This document shows, in pieces, positions 10,088 through 20,103 of a stretch of 64,000 nt of DNA (positions within the stretch are counted from its first letter, which is position 1; each line of letters starts with the position of its first letter). The translations under genes and the position numbers were made by a program. Source of the DNA: a virus; IMG/VR virus record IMGVR_UViG_3300049001_000080, positions 38,446-102,445 of that record, one strand, 5' to 3'. The notes below the pieces were generated by a model. That model was not told where the DNA came from, did no database searches, and saw only the letters and a program-made list of their open reading frames with translations.

Positions 10088-11085
10088 CAGTACCCCACGT
10101 AGCGCCGGCCGGCGCGCACCGCGACGACGCCCGGGACCTGGTCGTAGGAGTCGTACTTGCTGGTCACGTAGCCGTAGTCGGAGACCAGGTTGTCGACTGG
10201 GTCGAGGATGTTGCCGTGCCCGAGCAGCGCGTGCGCGGCGAAGGTGTCGTCGCGCATCTGCATCAGGCCCTTGGTCGGGTGGCCGGCCCGGGCGTTGCTG
10301 TCGCTGTTGTTGACGGCCTGCGGGTTGCCGCCGGACTCGTGGTCGATGATGATGCCGATCGCCTGGCGCTCGCTGGCGGTGAACGTGACGCCGAGGACCC
10401 GCTGCGCCTCGTCGACCCACCCCTCGACGCCGTTCGGCTGGCTCACGGTCGCCCCCGATCCCTGCGTCGTAGGCGGGGCGCTGGACACGCCGGCCGCCTG
10501 GTTGAACTGCTCGGCGAGGTAGCCGTGGAGGTCGCCGCCGAACGGCGCCAGGGTCCTGTCCACCTCGGCCTGCGTCATCGGGCCGTTGTAGGCCGACTGC
10601 TTCCAGCCGACCCCGCTCATCAGCCGTGAGATGTAGAGGTCCCGGATCCCCGAGACCACGCGGCGGGTCGAGTCCTGCACGACGAACAGGACGAGCGTCC
10701 AGCTCGGGTTGAACGTCGTGCTGTCGTGCGTGACGGCGGGGCCGTCCGGGCCGGTGTAGGCGCGCACCAGCACCTGGAGGTCCCACCGGCGGGGCGGGTA
10801 GAGGAACCGGATCGGCCGCCCGCCCGACGTCCGCACGGAGGCGTCCACCCAGGACTCCACCTGCCGCCGGAACCGCTCCTGGTCCTGCCAGCCGGCGACG
10901 TCGCCCCGGGCCCGGTCGCCGTACCCGAACACCCCTGTCACCGTCATGTCGCCGAGCTGGGTCCCGTACACCTGGACCACGTCCCCGCCGACGGTCCGCT
11001 GGTGCGACACCTTCATCTGGAACTGCCAGGAGACCGACCGCGGGTCGATGCGGAACAGCAGGTTGCCGAGGCTGGCGATCCCCAC
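10087..11085 (-). CDS. Tail tube initiator-like protein with C-terminal lytic transglycosylase (SLT)
   Basis: HESGGNPQAVN...KGLMQ...DPVDN...Y is an SLT signature; directly after tape measure. Confidence 0.85.
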   Translation of the reverse strand: MGIASLGNLLFRIDPRSVSWQFQMKVSHQRTVGGDVVQVYGTQLGDMTVTGVFGYGDRARGDVAGWQDQERFRRQVESWVDASVRTSGGRPIRFLYPPRRWDLQVLVRAYTGPDGPAVTHDSTTFNPSWTLVLFVVQDSTRRVVSGIRDLYISRLMSGVGWKQSAYNGPMTQAEVDRTLAPFGGDLHGYLAEQFNQAAGVSSAPPTTQGSGATVSQPNGVEGWVDEAQRVLGVTFTASERQAIGIIIDHESGGNPQAVNNSDSNARAGHPTKGLMQMRDDTFAAHALLGHGNILDPVDNLVSDYGYVTSKYDSYDQVPGVVAVRAGRRYVGY

Positions 11086-11086
11086 C

Positions 11087-13543
11087 TCAGTTGCCGGTCG
11101 CGTTCGGGTATTCGTAGGGCGTGGACGGGAACGGGGCCGCGGGCACGCCCTGGCGCCGCGCCTGGTCCACCGTGACGCCGCCGGAGGTGACGATGCCGAG
11201 GATGCGCCGCAGCTCGTCGGTGGCGTAGATCGTCACGGTGCCGGTGACGCCGGCCTGGCTCGGGTCCTTGGAGCCCTTCGGCGCCGCCCTGCCCGACGAC
11301 GTGACCGCGGCGCCACGGTCGCCCATCTGGCCGGTGGCCTGCGCGACCGTCTCGCCCGTCTGCTGGATCACCACGTCGCCGCGGCTGAGCTGGTCCTCGA
11401 AGCTCTTGAACGCCTCCTCGAAGCTGACGGCCTTCGAGCCATCCTTGGTCTGCACGACGAACGACTTGTCCCTGAGCCCCTTCTCGTCGCGCAGCAGCGC
11501 CTCCAGGATCGCGCTGCGCTGGCCGGTGCCCGGGTCGGTGACACGCATGTGCGCGTCCGTCGAGCCCTCCACCCGGCCGAGGTAGGCCTGCCCCGCCTTG
11601 GAGAGGTCGCCGACGCTCGACGCGCCCAGCTCCTTGGCGATCTGCCGCTGCTGCCCGCCGATGGCCCTGGCCGTCTCGCTGTCCCCGCCCTTGACCTGGC
11701 GCTGGTCGCGCACCGTCAGGATCTTCTGCCCACCGATGGTCGAGCCGCCCCCGGGGAGCTGCGGGGTGGACAGCGCCTTGTCGAACCGGAACCCGCCGAG
11801 CGCCACCTTGGCGGCGACCTCGTAGACGTTGGCCGGCGTGACGCCGCCGATGCCCATGGCCTGCGCGACCGCCATGAACTGGGTCGGGTTGAGCATCCCG
11901 CGCTCGGCCATCGTCCGCCCGATGCTGGCCGCGTCGCTCTCGGTGAGCTGGCCGCCGGTCTGCGCCATCGCGCGCTGGGCCTCGCCGTGCGCGAACTGGA
12001 GCGCCGACCCGCCGAACACCGAGTCGCGCACCCGGTCGACCTGGCTCTGGAGGCCGCGGCCCAGCAGCGACGGGTCGTCCTGCGCCTTGGCCGCGTAGGC
12101 CATGGGGCTCATCCCGAGCTGGGAGGCCTGCATCATCATGGCCGGCTGGCTGAGCATGCCGGTGAAGTCGAGCTGGCTGCCGAGCAGCCTGCCCTGCTTG
12201 CTGACCTCCTGCTGGATGCCGGCGGCGATGGCCGGCGCGGAGCTGCCGCCGGTCACCTGCGCCTGGACGGTGCCCAGGGTGTTGGCGAAGGCGCGCTGCA
12301 CGGTCTGCACGTTCTGGCCGGTCTCGCGGGCGGTCTTCGAGACCTTGTCCAGCGCGCCGGTCAGCGAGGAGAACTCGGTGACCCCGTTGCGGACGCTGGC
12401 CTCGATCAGGGCCAGCGAGTCGGCCACGTCCATGCCCGTCTTGCGGAACTGCTGGGTCGCGAAGTCCAGCGCCCCCTGGCGCTCACCGCCCTGGAGCCCG
12501 GCGGCCGTGGTGCCCAGGTAGAGCGACCGGGCCTCCTCGCCCTGCATGACGCCGAACTGGCTCAGCTCGAACCCCATCTGACCGACGCGCTGGCGGAAGC
12601 CGGAGGTCGGGTTGGTGAGCGAGAAGTTGTCGCCGCCGGTGATCTGCTGGTAGGTGCGGTTGGCGTCGCGCTGGCGCTCCAGGAAGCGCGCGCCCAGCAT
12701 CGCCCCGCCGGCCGCGAACCCGACCGGGCCGGCCACCCGCCCGAGGCCCGGCAGCGCCGCGCCCAGCGACTCGCCACGCGCCACCGCGCCGGCCGCCGCG
12801 AGAGCGTTGGCCCGCGCGTTGAGCACGCGCCCGCGCAGCGGCCCGGCCTGCTCCGCCGTCGCCTGCCGGCCCTTACCGGACCAGCGGACCCAGGTGTCCT
12901 CGCCCTCGACCTGCTCCCAGCCGGACTGGGCCTGCGCGTCCTGGAGCCCCTGCGCGAGGTGGCCGGCGGCGCGCTGGCCCATCTCCGCGAGGCTGAACGA
13001 GCGGAAGGCCTCGCGGGGCGACAGCGAGGACAGCGGGCGCGGGCCCTCCGGGACGCCGGGCGCCATCTGCTCCAGGGTCGGCGCGTGGCCGGCCGAGACC
13101 TGCGACGCTGTGATCGACTCGGGGGCGTCCAGCGGGTGCGGCATCCCCGGCCGGCCTGGCGCGGCGCCCCGCATCGCGGCGGTGATCTGGGCGGCGGCCT
13201 GCTGCACCGAGGCGGCCAGCTCGCGCATCCCGACCCTGATCTCGCGGAAGGACTGCTCGATGCCGCCGCCCATCATCTGTCCGTGCGTGGACAGGTCGTA
13301 GGCCTGGCGCATCTGCTGGCGGATGATCGCCTGCGCCACCGGGTCGCCGGTGATCTGCGGGGTGAGCCCCGGCACCGTGCCGGCGCCGTAGAGGCCGCTG
13401 TCCTGGGGCGAGGGCATCATCAGGCCCGGCGGGAGCAGCGGCAGCCCGCTGGGGGACAGTGGCTGCGAGGTCGAGGACTGCACGGTGTTCGGGACCATCG
13501 GCTGCCCGTCGGGGCCGGTGGCGTAGGGGCCGGTCACACCCAC
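11087..13543 (-). CDS. Tape measure protein
   Basis: 818 aa, Ala/Gly/Gln-rich, after tail assembly chaperones. Confidence 0.75.
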   Translation of the reverse strand: MGVTGPYATGPDGQPMVPNTVQSSTSQPLSPSGLPLLPPGLMMPSPQDSGLYGAGTVPGLTPQITGDPVAQAIIRQQMRQAYDLSTHGQMMGGGIEQSFREIRVGMRELAASVQQAAAQITAAMRGAAPGRPGMPHPLDAPESITASQVSAGHAPTLEQMAPGVPEGPRPLSSLSPREAFRSFSLAEMGQRAAGHLAQGLQDAQAQSGWEQVEGEDTWVRWSGKGRQATAEQAGPLRGRVLNARANALAAAGAVARGESLGAALPGLGRVAGPVGFAAGGAMLGARFLERQRDANRTYQQITGGDNFSLTNPTSGFRQRVGQMGFELSQFGVMQGEEARSLYLGTTAAGLQGGERQGALDFATQQFRKTGMDVADSLALIEASVRNGVTEFSSLTGALDKVSKTARETGQNVQTVQRAFANTLGTVQAQVTGGSSAPAIAAGIQQEVSKQGRLLGSQLDFTGMLSQPAMMMQASQLGMSPMAYAAKAQDDPSLLGRGLQSQVDRVRDSVFGGSALQFAHGEAQRAMAQTGGQLTESDAASIGRTMAERGMLNPTQFMAVAQAMGIGGVTPANVYEVAAKVALGGFRFDKALSTPQLPGGGSTIGGQKILTVRDQRQVKGGDSETARAIGGQQRQIAKELGASSVGDLSKAGQAYLGRVEGSTDAHMRVTDPGTGQRSAILEALLRDEKGLRDKSFVVQTKDGSKAVSFEEAFKSFEDQLSRGDVVIQQTGETVAQATGQMGDRGAAVTSSGRAAPKGSKDPSQAGVTGTVTIYATDELRRILGIVTSGGVTVDQARRQGVPAAPFPSTPYEYPNATGN

Positions 13544-14417
13544 TCACCTACCTCGGTCGCCATGACGTCCCCGGTGCTGTGCGTGGCGATCCACCGCTCC
13601 AGCTCGGCCCGCTCGGTCTCGGACGCCGGCACCCGCCACTCGACGTCGGGCTCCGCCCGCGGGTCGTCCTCCTCGCCGCCCGCGGGGAACCAGCGGGGGA
13701 ACAGCGCGCGGACCCGGTCGGGGTGGTTGGCGGCGATCCGCGACCGCAGCTCGTCGAGGAAGCCGCGGGCCTGGTCACGACGCTCGACCATCATCAGCAT
13801 CTGGAGCCCCAGCTCCTGCACGCGGGACAGGCTCGCTCCCCGTAGGACGCCGCGTCGGTCGGCTAGGCGGAGCTGGACCTCCAGCCACGGGTCCACCTCC
13901 CCTAGCCGGAAGCTTTTCCCATTGCCTCCAGCACCCTGCGCACGAGCAGCTCCAGCTCGATGTACTCCTGGTAGACCCGGTCCAGCACCGGCGGGAACCA
14001 CCGGTCCATCACGTACTGGAAGTTGGTCTCCAGCACGCCCTCCGCCCCGGCGTCGGAGAGCAGCGGGACACCGGGCAGCGGCCGGCCGTCGGCCGAGACC
14101 ACGCAGGCCGCGACGATGGCCCCCTGGCAGGCCTTGAGGTACCCATCGGTCTCCGCGTACCGCTTCGTGATCAGGGACGTGGCCACCAGCTCGCCGCTGC
14201 GCAGCGTGCGGATCTTGAACCGGTGCCCGAGCCAGGTGAACTCCTTGGCCAGCGCGCCCAGGTAGAGCAGCCCGGCGAACTCGTCGCGCCAGCGAGGGTC
14301 GAACTCCGGCAGCGGCGGCCCGGGCGTCGGGTCCTCGCTGGCCGGCTCGGTCGGGCGCGCGGCCTCGGGCGGCTCGTAGCCGGAGTAGAGGGCGTCCTCC
14401 AGCGGGTCGTCGCTCAA
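13534..14417 (-). CDS. Tail assembly chaperone, long form via -1 frameshift
   Basis: Slippery GGGAAAA at 13914-13920 joins ORF 13902-14417 to the -1 frame ...KSFRLGEVDPWLEVQLRLA... Confidence 0.8.
13902..14417 (-). CDS. Tail assembly chaperone, short form
   Basis: TTG start with GGAGG RBS; between tube and tape measure; ends MGKASG just after the slippery site. Confidence 0.8.
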   Translation of the reverse strand: MSDDPLEDALYSGYEPPEAARPTEPASEDPTPGPPLPEFDPRWRDEFAGLLYLGALAKEFTWLGHRFKIRTLRSGELVATSLITKRYAETDGYLKACQGAIVAACVVSADGRPLPGVPLLSDAGAEGVLETNFQYVMDRWFPPVLDRVYQEYIELELLVRRVLEAMGKASG

Positions 14418-14439
14418 CCGGCCCTCCTAGGAGGATGCG

Positions 14440-14940
14440 TCATAGCTTCGTTGTGTGCGTGTATGCGACCTGGATCTGCTTCTGTACCGATAGAGCACCG
14501 ATTGATACGGTGTCGCCCGACTGGATGTTGACGACGGTGCAGCGGTGGAACACGGTCCCGTACCGGGCGCCGTTGGGCGGGTCGATGATCTTCGTGCAGG
14601 TGACGTACTGCGGGGTCTGCGCGAGGCGGTCGAAGATCTCGACGATGGTCTTCGTCCCGGTGAGGCCCTGGAGCTGCTCCCAGACCTGCTGGTTCCACAG
14701 CTCGCGGATGCCGAGGGTCAGCACGCCGCCGTCCAGCACGCGCGAGGTGACGATGTCGATCGGGTGCCGCGAGCCCAGCGGGGTGATGAACTCGAACCCC
14801 GGTCCGCCGTTGCTCACCGCGGCCTGGCCGGTGTCGTTGATGATCTCCAGGTAGGCGATGGCCTTGCCGGCGTAGGTGAAGGTCGTGTAGCCGCTGCCGA
14901 CGACCCTGACCTTGGCGGTGGTCTCGCTGGGGGACGTCAT
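14440..14940 (-). CDS. Tail tube protein
   Basis: 166 aa, beta-rich, immediately after sheath; RBS GAGGAGGA. Confidence 0.8.
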   Translation of the reverse strand: MTSPSETTAKVRVVGSGYTTFTYAGKAIAYLEIINDTGQAAVSNGGPGFEFITPLGSRHPIDIVTSRVLDGGVLTLGIRELWNQQVWEQLQGLTGTKTIVEIFDRLAQTPQYVTCTKIIDPPNGARYGTVFHRCTVVNIQSGDTVSIGALSVQKQIQVAYTHTTKL

Positions 14941-14965
14941 CGGCTCTGCGGTCCTCCTCTGGCCG

Positions 14966-16456
14966 TCACGCGGCCACCGTGGCGCTCAGGTCCTCGGTGG
15001 TCCCGGTCGCCACGTTGATCGAGAAGCTGACGACCAGGTAGTTCAGGGGGTACGCCGGCTGGTAGGCGAACTTGACCTCGACCACCGACGGGTCGATGCT
15101 GCGCTGTCGGACGGCCAGCCCGGTGTAGCCGACGATCGTGCCGACGATGACCGCGTGCTCCAGCAGGCCGGAGACCACCGACTTGACCGTCAGCGTGGTG
15201 GTCGTGTCGATCGGCTGACCGATCAGGCCGGAGTTGTTCAGGCCGGTCTCGCACAGCGCCACCAGGGCGTCGCGCGCCCGCACCACCGACAGCTCCTTGG
15301 TGTTGATCGAGGTCGTGTCGGTGGTCAGGCTGTGGCGCACCACGAGCTGCCCGGCCCGGTCGACCTCGACCAGGAGCACGCCCGCCGCGGCGTACTGGTT
15401 CTTCGCGCTGGTCGACGGAGCAGTGCCGGACAGGCCCGTGAAGGAGCGCACCAGCTCGCGCGTCAGCGCCTTCTGCACCGGCAGCGCGGCGGCCCGCCCG
15501 GCCAGCGCCGCAGCCAGGTACTGGTGGCCGAGCGAGAGGTACTGGAGCGAGCCGCCGTTGTAGTAGCTCATCCCCTGCGAGCCGGCGTAGACGAGCGCGA
15601 GCCGCTTGCTGCGGAACCCGCCGCCGGAGACCAGGGTGTCCGGGGTCGTGCCCACGCCCGCGTCGAACCCGAGCATGCCGGTGCGGAAGTAGCCGTCGGC
15701 GGAGGCGGCCGTCAGGTGCGTCGACAGGTCGACGCCGACCCCCGCCGCGTCGGCGGCGATGACGTCGTCGGTGAGGGGCACGACGACGCTCACCGAGTAG
15801 TCGGTCGCGACCTTCGCGTAGGCGGCGCTCAGGGCCGTCTTGCGTGCCGTCGAGATGGCCCCAGAGGTGGTCGCGCCGGACCCCGGCGGGGTGGTGGCGC
15901 ACAGGACCAGCTCGCCGGACCCGTTCTCGAACGCGATCTTCGCGGCCAGGCTGAGGGGGGAGGTGACGCCCTTGTACCCGACCTGCCCGAGCGACGGCGG
16001 CGTGAGGTTGAGCGGCTCGCCGTAGGCGTCCTTGACGTCCTCGTAGCTGCTGTACCTGGTCGGGTCGTAGTAGGTCGGCTCGGCGTAGTGGTAGGTCGCG
16101 AAGACCGGCGTGTCGCCGCTGAGCGTGCCGCCACCGGCGCGGGTGATGTCGGTGTAGTAGTCCTGGTTCGTCGACGGCGAGCTGGTCGTGGTGACCACGT
16201 AGTCGGACGAGACCACCACGGCGCCGGTGTCCACCCGCGTGATCACCAGCGTGGCGCCGTCGAGGCCCTTCTTGGCGAACCGCCAGGCCGGCGAGGTCGC
16301 CAGCGTGAACTGCTCGCTGCCGGACCGGTAGCCGACCGCGGGTCCGACGATGGCCACCAGGGTCGGCGGTAGCCCGGAGGTGGATGCCAGGGGCGTCACG
16401 ACCTCTTCGATGTACACACCGGGAGCCGTGTACCCATGCGCGAAGTCCTGGACCAC
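14966..16456 (-). CDS. Contractile tail sheath protein
   Basis: N-terminal YTAPGVYIEE; C-terminal KELSVVRARD...VEVKFAYQPAYPLNYL. Confidence 0.93.
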   Translation of the reverse strand: MVQDFAHGYTAPGVYIEEVVTPLASTSGLPPTLVAIVGPAVGYRSGSEQFTLATSPAWRFAKKGLDGATLVITRVDTGAVVVSSDYVVTTTSSPSTNQDYYTDITRAGGGTLSGDTPVFATYHYAEPTYYDPTRYSSYEDVKDAYGEPLNLTPPSLGQVGYKGVTSPLSLAAKIAFENGSGELVLCATTPPGSGATTSGAISTARKTALSAAYAKVATDYSVSVVVPLTDDVIAADAAGVGVDLSTHLTAASADGYFRTGMLGFDAGVGTTPDTLVSGGGFRSKRLALVYAGSQGMSYYNGGSLQYLSLGHQYLAAALAGRAAALPVQKALTRELVRSFTGLSGTAPSTSAKNQYAAAGVLLVEVDRAGQLVVRHSLTTDTTSINTKELSVVRARDALVALCETGLNNSGLIGQPIDTTTTLTVKSVVSGLLEHAVIVGTIVGYTGLAVRQRSIDPSVVEVKFAYQPAYPLNYLVVSFSINVATGTTEDLSATVAA

Positions 16457-16485
16457 GTCGCCCCCTCCGCGCTCGGACAGCCCCT

Positions 16486-16523
16486 CTACCTCTTCACGAG
16501 GGGCCGCCCGCCGCGCGGACAGG
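16486..16523 (-). promoter_or_regulatory. Putative late promoter CCTGT-N24-AAGAGGTAG
   Basis: Upstream of sheath; repeated motif. Confidence 0.65.
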
Positions 16524-17135
16524 TCAGACCCAGGGGTCCGGCTCGCCCGGCGCCTGGCTCTGCACGACCACGCTGGAGATCGGGATCAGCAGCCCGTGCG
16601 AGCCGCCGCTGACGAACTCCCCCTGGCAGTCGACCGAGACGGTCATCTCGTAGACGACCTCGTCGGTCCCCCACGGGGTCCCCGGCGTCTCGCCCTTCGC
16701 GCCCAGGGTGAACTTGTCCCACTGCGCCTGGCAGGGGATCAGGTCGTTCGTCTCGATGGTCGTCCGGAACACCGCGGTCTCCGGCAGCTCGCGGCCGAAC
16801 GCCATGACCCGGACCAGCTCGTCCACCAGCCGGTCGCGCTCCAGCGAGGTGAGCGCCACGCAGGTCATCTGGAGCACCCCGGCGTAGCGCCACCTGCCCA
16901 CCCGGTGGAGCTGGCCGGCGATCGTGGCGTCCTCGACGTACTCGGCGTGCCCGATCCCGGCCGTCTGGAGGTCGGCGGTGGGCAGGAAGTCGACCCAGAC
17001 GCCGGGGTAGTTGGCCTTGGCCAGCGGGTACTCCATCGACACCCAGATGCCGCGGAAGTCGACCTGGGGGTAGTCGGCGTCCAGGGTGGCGCGCCACGCC
17101 TCCACCACCAGCGTCTTGAGCGGGACGAGGAACAC
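16524..17135 (-). CDS. Tail terminator/completion protein
   Basis: GTG start MFLVPLKTLVVEA...EYP...YPGVWV...ALTSLERDRL; just before sheath. Confidence 0.65.
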   Translation of the reverse strand: MFLVPLKTLVVEAWRATLDADYPQVDFRGIWVSMEYPLAKANYPGVWVDFLPTADLQTAGIGHAEYVEDATIAGQLHRVGRWRYAGVLQMTCVALTSLERDRLVDELVRVMAFGRELPETAVFRTTIETNDLIPCQAQWDKFTLGAKGETPGTPWGTDEVVYEMTVSVDCQGEFVSGGSHGLLIPISSVVVQSQAPGEPDPWV

Positions 17136-17137
17136 GG

Positions 17138-17782
17138 CTACTCCCCGCCCAGCTTGATGAGCACCTGCGGGGTGCCGAGGCCGGCGCCCGAGGCGACCTC
17201 CAGCACGGCCCGGTTGATGAACCCCCGCGGCGCCAGGCCGGGGTGGCGCCACCGGACCCCGACGTGGCCGGACACCGGGTGCGCGGAGCTGATCCGGCCG
17301 CCGTCTCCGCGGGTGGCGATCCGGCCGGGTGCGCCGGGGTAGGAGGCCGGCACCGAGACCGACGTCTCCTGGCCGGCGACCCGGCGGCGCACGCTCTCGC
17401 GCTGCCCGATCCGGGCCGCGCGGCGGAAGATGAGGACCAGCACCCGCCCGTCCGCGGCCACCTTCGTCTCCGCCTTCGCGTCGTCCCTCCGCAGCTCGCC
17501 GGAGGGGTCCGGCACCCACATCGGGATCGTGCGGCCGGCCAGGGACGTCATGGTGCGCGGGCGCGTGCCGGCCTCCTGGTACCAGACCCTGGCGTCCGCC
17601 CAGCGCACGCCGAAGAAGCCGGCGCCCCAGTACGGCCTTATCCGGCGTGCGCTGTCCCCCGACAGCTTGGGCGCCCGCCGCGCGGCCAGCTTGGCGGCCT
17701 GGCGGGCCAGCAGGTGCGCGGACGCCTCGGGCAGGTCCTTGGCGAGCACGTAGGCGACGCCGGGGCCGGGCGCGCTAGACAA
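17138..17782 (-). CDS. Neck/tail completion protein (HK97 gp10-like)
   Basis: Basic; AP..SG, WYQEAGT and HPG..PRGF patterns; position in neck cluster. Confidence 0.55.
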   Translation of the reverse strand: MSSAPGPGVAYVLAKDLPEASAHLLARQAAKLAARRAPKLSGDSARRIRPYWGAGFFGVRWADARVWYQEAGTRPRTMTSLAGRTIPMWVPDPSGELRRDDAKAETKVAADGRVLVLIFRRAARIGQRESVRRRVAGQETSVSVPASYPGAPGRIATRGDGGRISSAHPVSGHVGVRWRHPGLAPRGFINRAVLEVASGAGLGTPQVLIKLGGE

Positions 17783-18473
17783 GGAGCGGCCCCCTGACGC
17801 TCTCCCAGGCCGACGGCGTGTCCGACACCAGGTGCGTCCCCGGCGGGACCGTCAGCGCGACCTGGACGTTCGCGGGGGACGGCGGGATGAGGTACGCGAC
17901 GCTGGACGGGTCCTCCAGGGTCGCCTGGCTGACGACGCCGGAGATCGTCACCGCCGCACCAGGGGACTCGAACCCGGAGCGCACCGGCAGCACGTTCATC
18001 TCCGCGACCCGGTAGCGGGCGCCGCCGAGCCGGAAGGCGTAGTCGCCGGTGTGCAGGGTGAAGTCCGAGGTGGTCTCGATGCTCATCGTCGAGTTGACGA
18101 CCTCGCCCCGCGGCGAGTCGGCCGAGTCCTGCTCCAGGTCCGTCCAGAGCGCGGGCCGGACGATCCTGGCCCGGTAGCCGCCCTCGAACGTGGTGCCGTA
18201 GCAGTCCGGGCACCGGCGTCGGGTGGGCTGGTCGTAGGCGTCGAACGCGCGGCTGTCCTCGGCCGTGCAGGTCGCGCAGAGGGTGACCAGGCCGGCCAGC
18301 AGGTCGTCGGCTCGCCACATCAGCACGAAGATCGAGTACTCGCCGTAGGCGTAGATGACGTCGAGATGGGAGTTCAGCACCTGGGCAACCGCCCAGTCCT
18401 CGGTGCGGCGCACCCAGAGTGGCTGCTGCCGGCCCGGGTGCGGCTCCTGCGACGGCGTGAGCGGGGTGGACAC
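17775..18473 (-). CDS. Head-closure/stopper protein
   Basis: CxxC...CPDCYGTTFEGGY; between adaptor and neck genes. Confidence 0.6.
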   Translation of the reverse strand: MSTPLTPSQEPHPGRQQPLWVRRTEDWAVAQVLNSHLDVIYAYGEYSIFVLMWRADDLLAGLVTLCATCTAEDSRAFDAYDQPTRRRCPDCYGTTFEGGYRARIVRPALWTDLEQDSADSPRGEVVNSTMSIETTSDFTLHTGDYAFRLGGARYRVAEMNVLPVRSGFESPGAAVTISGVVSQATLEDPSSVAYLIPPSPANVQVALTVPPGTHLVSDTPSAWESVRGPLLV

Positions 18474-18479
18474 GCCGGC

Positions 18480-19352
18480 CTACCCCAGGATGGCGACGGG
18501 GAAGTAGCCCCGCGCCAGCGCCTGGCCGCCGCCGGGCGTGTAGTAGCCCAGGTACTGCCCGTACACGCCGCCGGAGACCAGCACCTTGGCCTGCCCCAGC
18601 CCCATCGACGCGATCTTGAAGCTGTCGAGCTGCGAGTCGAGGTCCCGCTGCTCGATCGCGAGCATCTCCTGCCAGCGCTGCATGTAGTCGCGCCGGTCCA
18701 GCCTGGACACCGCGGTGGCCAGGACCACGTCCGGCTGCTCGACGTAGGACCGGACCAGGTGCTTGATCACCTCGACGTAGAGCGCCTGCTCGACCAGCGG
18801 CCCCCACTGGTCGAACGGGAAGTCGGCGTTCACGGCGTAGCCCTGGTGCGGCTGGCTGATCGTGTTGAGCCGCCCGACGGCCTGGCGCAGGAGCTGGGCC
18901 ATCCGGTTCCGGCCGAACCGGGTCTGGGCGTAGACCTGGAGGTTCGGCCCGCCCAGCGGGCTGTCGAACAGGTCGGCGAAGCGCACCCAGGTCGCCTCCA
19001 CCACCGCGCGCCAGGACGGGTCCAGCGCGTCGTAGTCAGGCGCGGACGGGCCGACCTGTAGCTCGACCACGTAGATGCCGGCGACGCCGGCCACCGCGAA
19101 GTTGAACCGGAGGTCCAGCAGGCGTGGCGTCGCGGTGTCGGCGCTGCTCAGCGCGAGCCCGTACTGGCCGGTGGCGAGGTGCGCCGCGGCGGCGGTCCGG
19201 ATCGTGCTGGCGGTGGTCGCGTCCAGCAGTGACACGGCGACGCTGTTGCCGTCCACGTCGCCGGGGGCGCCCCCGATCATCGCGACGAACCCGACCGTCT
19301 CCGCCGCGTACCTGGACAGGTAGCGGCGGTCGAGCGGCAGCGGCGCGGTCAC
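18480..19352 (-). CDS. Head-to-tail adaptor
   Basis: GTG overlapping upstream TGA; RFADLFDSPLGGP...LDRRDYMQRW; first gene of neck cluster. Confidence 0.6.
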   Translation of the reverse strand: MTAPLPLDRRYLSRYAAETVGFVAMIGGAPGDVDGNSVAVSLLDATTASTIRTAAAAHLATGQYGLALSSADTATPRLLDLRFNFAVAGVAGIYVVELQVGPSAPDYDALDPSWRAVVEATWVRFADLFDSPLGGPNLQVYAQTRFGRNRMAQLLRQAVGRLNTISQPHQGYAVNADFPFDQWGPLVEQALYVEVIKHLVRSYVEQPDVVLATAVSRLDRRDYMQRWQEMLAIEQRDLDSQLDSFKIASMGLGQAKVLVSGGVYGQYLGYYTPGGGQALARGYFPVAILG

Positions 19353-20023
19353 AGCTCGATCGCGACTATCCGGCAGACGTTGGTGGCGTCGGCCCTGACG
19401 TAGCTGGTCCCGCCGTAGGTGGCCGAGGAGCGGAGCTGGAAGGAGTAGTTGTAGGTGCCGGGGCTGACGCCGGTGGGCTCCCAGCCGGCGTAGGAGGCGC
19501 CCGGGCCCTGCGCGCCGGCCGACGGGCTGGAGCTGTCGCCGACGATGCCGAAGTTGCCGACCTGCGGGCCGGTACTGGCGGTGGCCGAGCGGAAGATGCC
19601 GCCGACCGCCGCGCCGGAGGTGTTCTCGCCCTTGCCGAAGCTGACGACGATCATCAGGACCCGCAGCCCGTCGGGGACCACGACGTTGGTCAGGCTGAGG
19701 CACACCACGAAGGTGGTCGAGGCGGTGGAGAAGTCCGTCGTGCGCGTGGCCACGGCCGGGGTACCGTCGGAGCGCCTCAGCACCCCCGCCGGCCCCACCC
19801 TCTTAAAGTTCGTGCCGTCCCAGCGCCAGACGAGGCCCGTGTCCGTCTCGGAGATCAGCATGCCGGTCTGCGCGGCACCCCAGGCCGGCCGGGTCCCGGC
19901 GGTGCAGATCTTATAGCCCGGGTTGTCGTCGATCTTCTGCCAGTTCGACGCGATGTCAGCCGTCACGTAGGCGTCGCTGGTGCTCGGCTTGAGCAGCCCT
20001 AGGCGAGCTGAGGGGGTCGGAAT
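19349..20023 (-). CDS. Virion fibre/collar-like protein, apparent ATT start
   Basis: Frame extends upstream of the track's GTG (19966) as IPTPSARLGLLKPSTSD; AAGGAG lies 7 nt before ATT at 20023. Confidence 0.6.
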   Translation of the reverse strand: MPTPSARLGLLKPSTSDAYVTADIASNWQKIDDNPGYKICTAGTRPAWGAAQTGMLISETDTGLVWRWDGTNFKRVGPAGVLRRSDGTPAVATRTTDFSTASTTFVVCLSLTNVVVPDGLRVLMIVVSFGKGENTSGAAVGGIFRSATASTGPQVGNFGIVGDSSSPSAGAQGPGASYAGWEPTGVSPGTYNYSFQLRSSATYGGTSYVRADATNVCRIVAIEL

Positions 20024-20064
20024 GGTGGGGCTCCTTCCCTGTCACCAGCTCGGCCTGGCGGTAC

Positions 20065-20101
20065 TCACCTCTTCCGCCGGGGCCATCCGGAGGCCGGCAG
20101 G
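20065..20101 (-). promoter_or_regulatory. Putative late promoter CCTGC-N23-AAGAGGTGA
   Basis: Repeated motif upstream of neck operon. Confidence 0.65.
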
Positions 20102-20103
20102 GC

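Noticed and set aside
1-19352. Tailocin or extracellular contractile injection system
   Set aside because: Portal, protease, capsid and neck genes are present, so this is a complete phage morphogenesis module.
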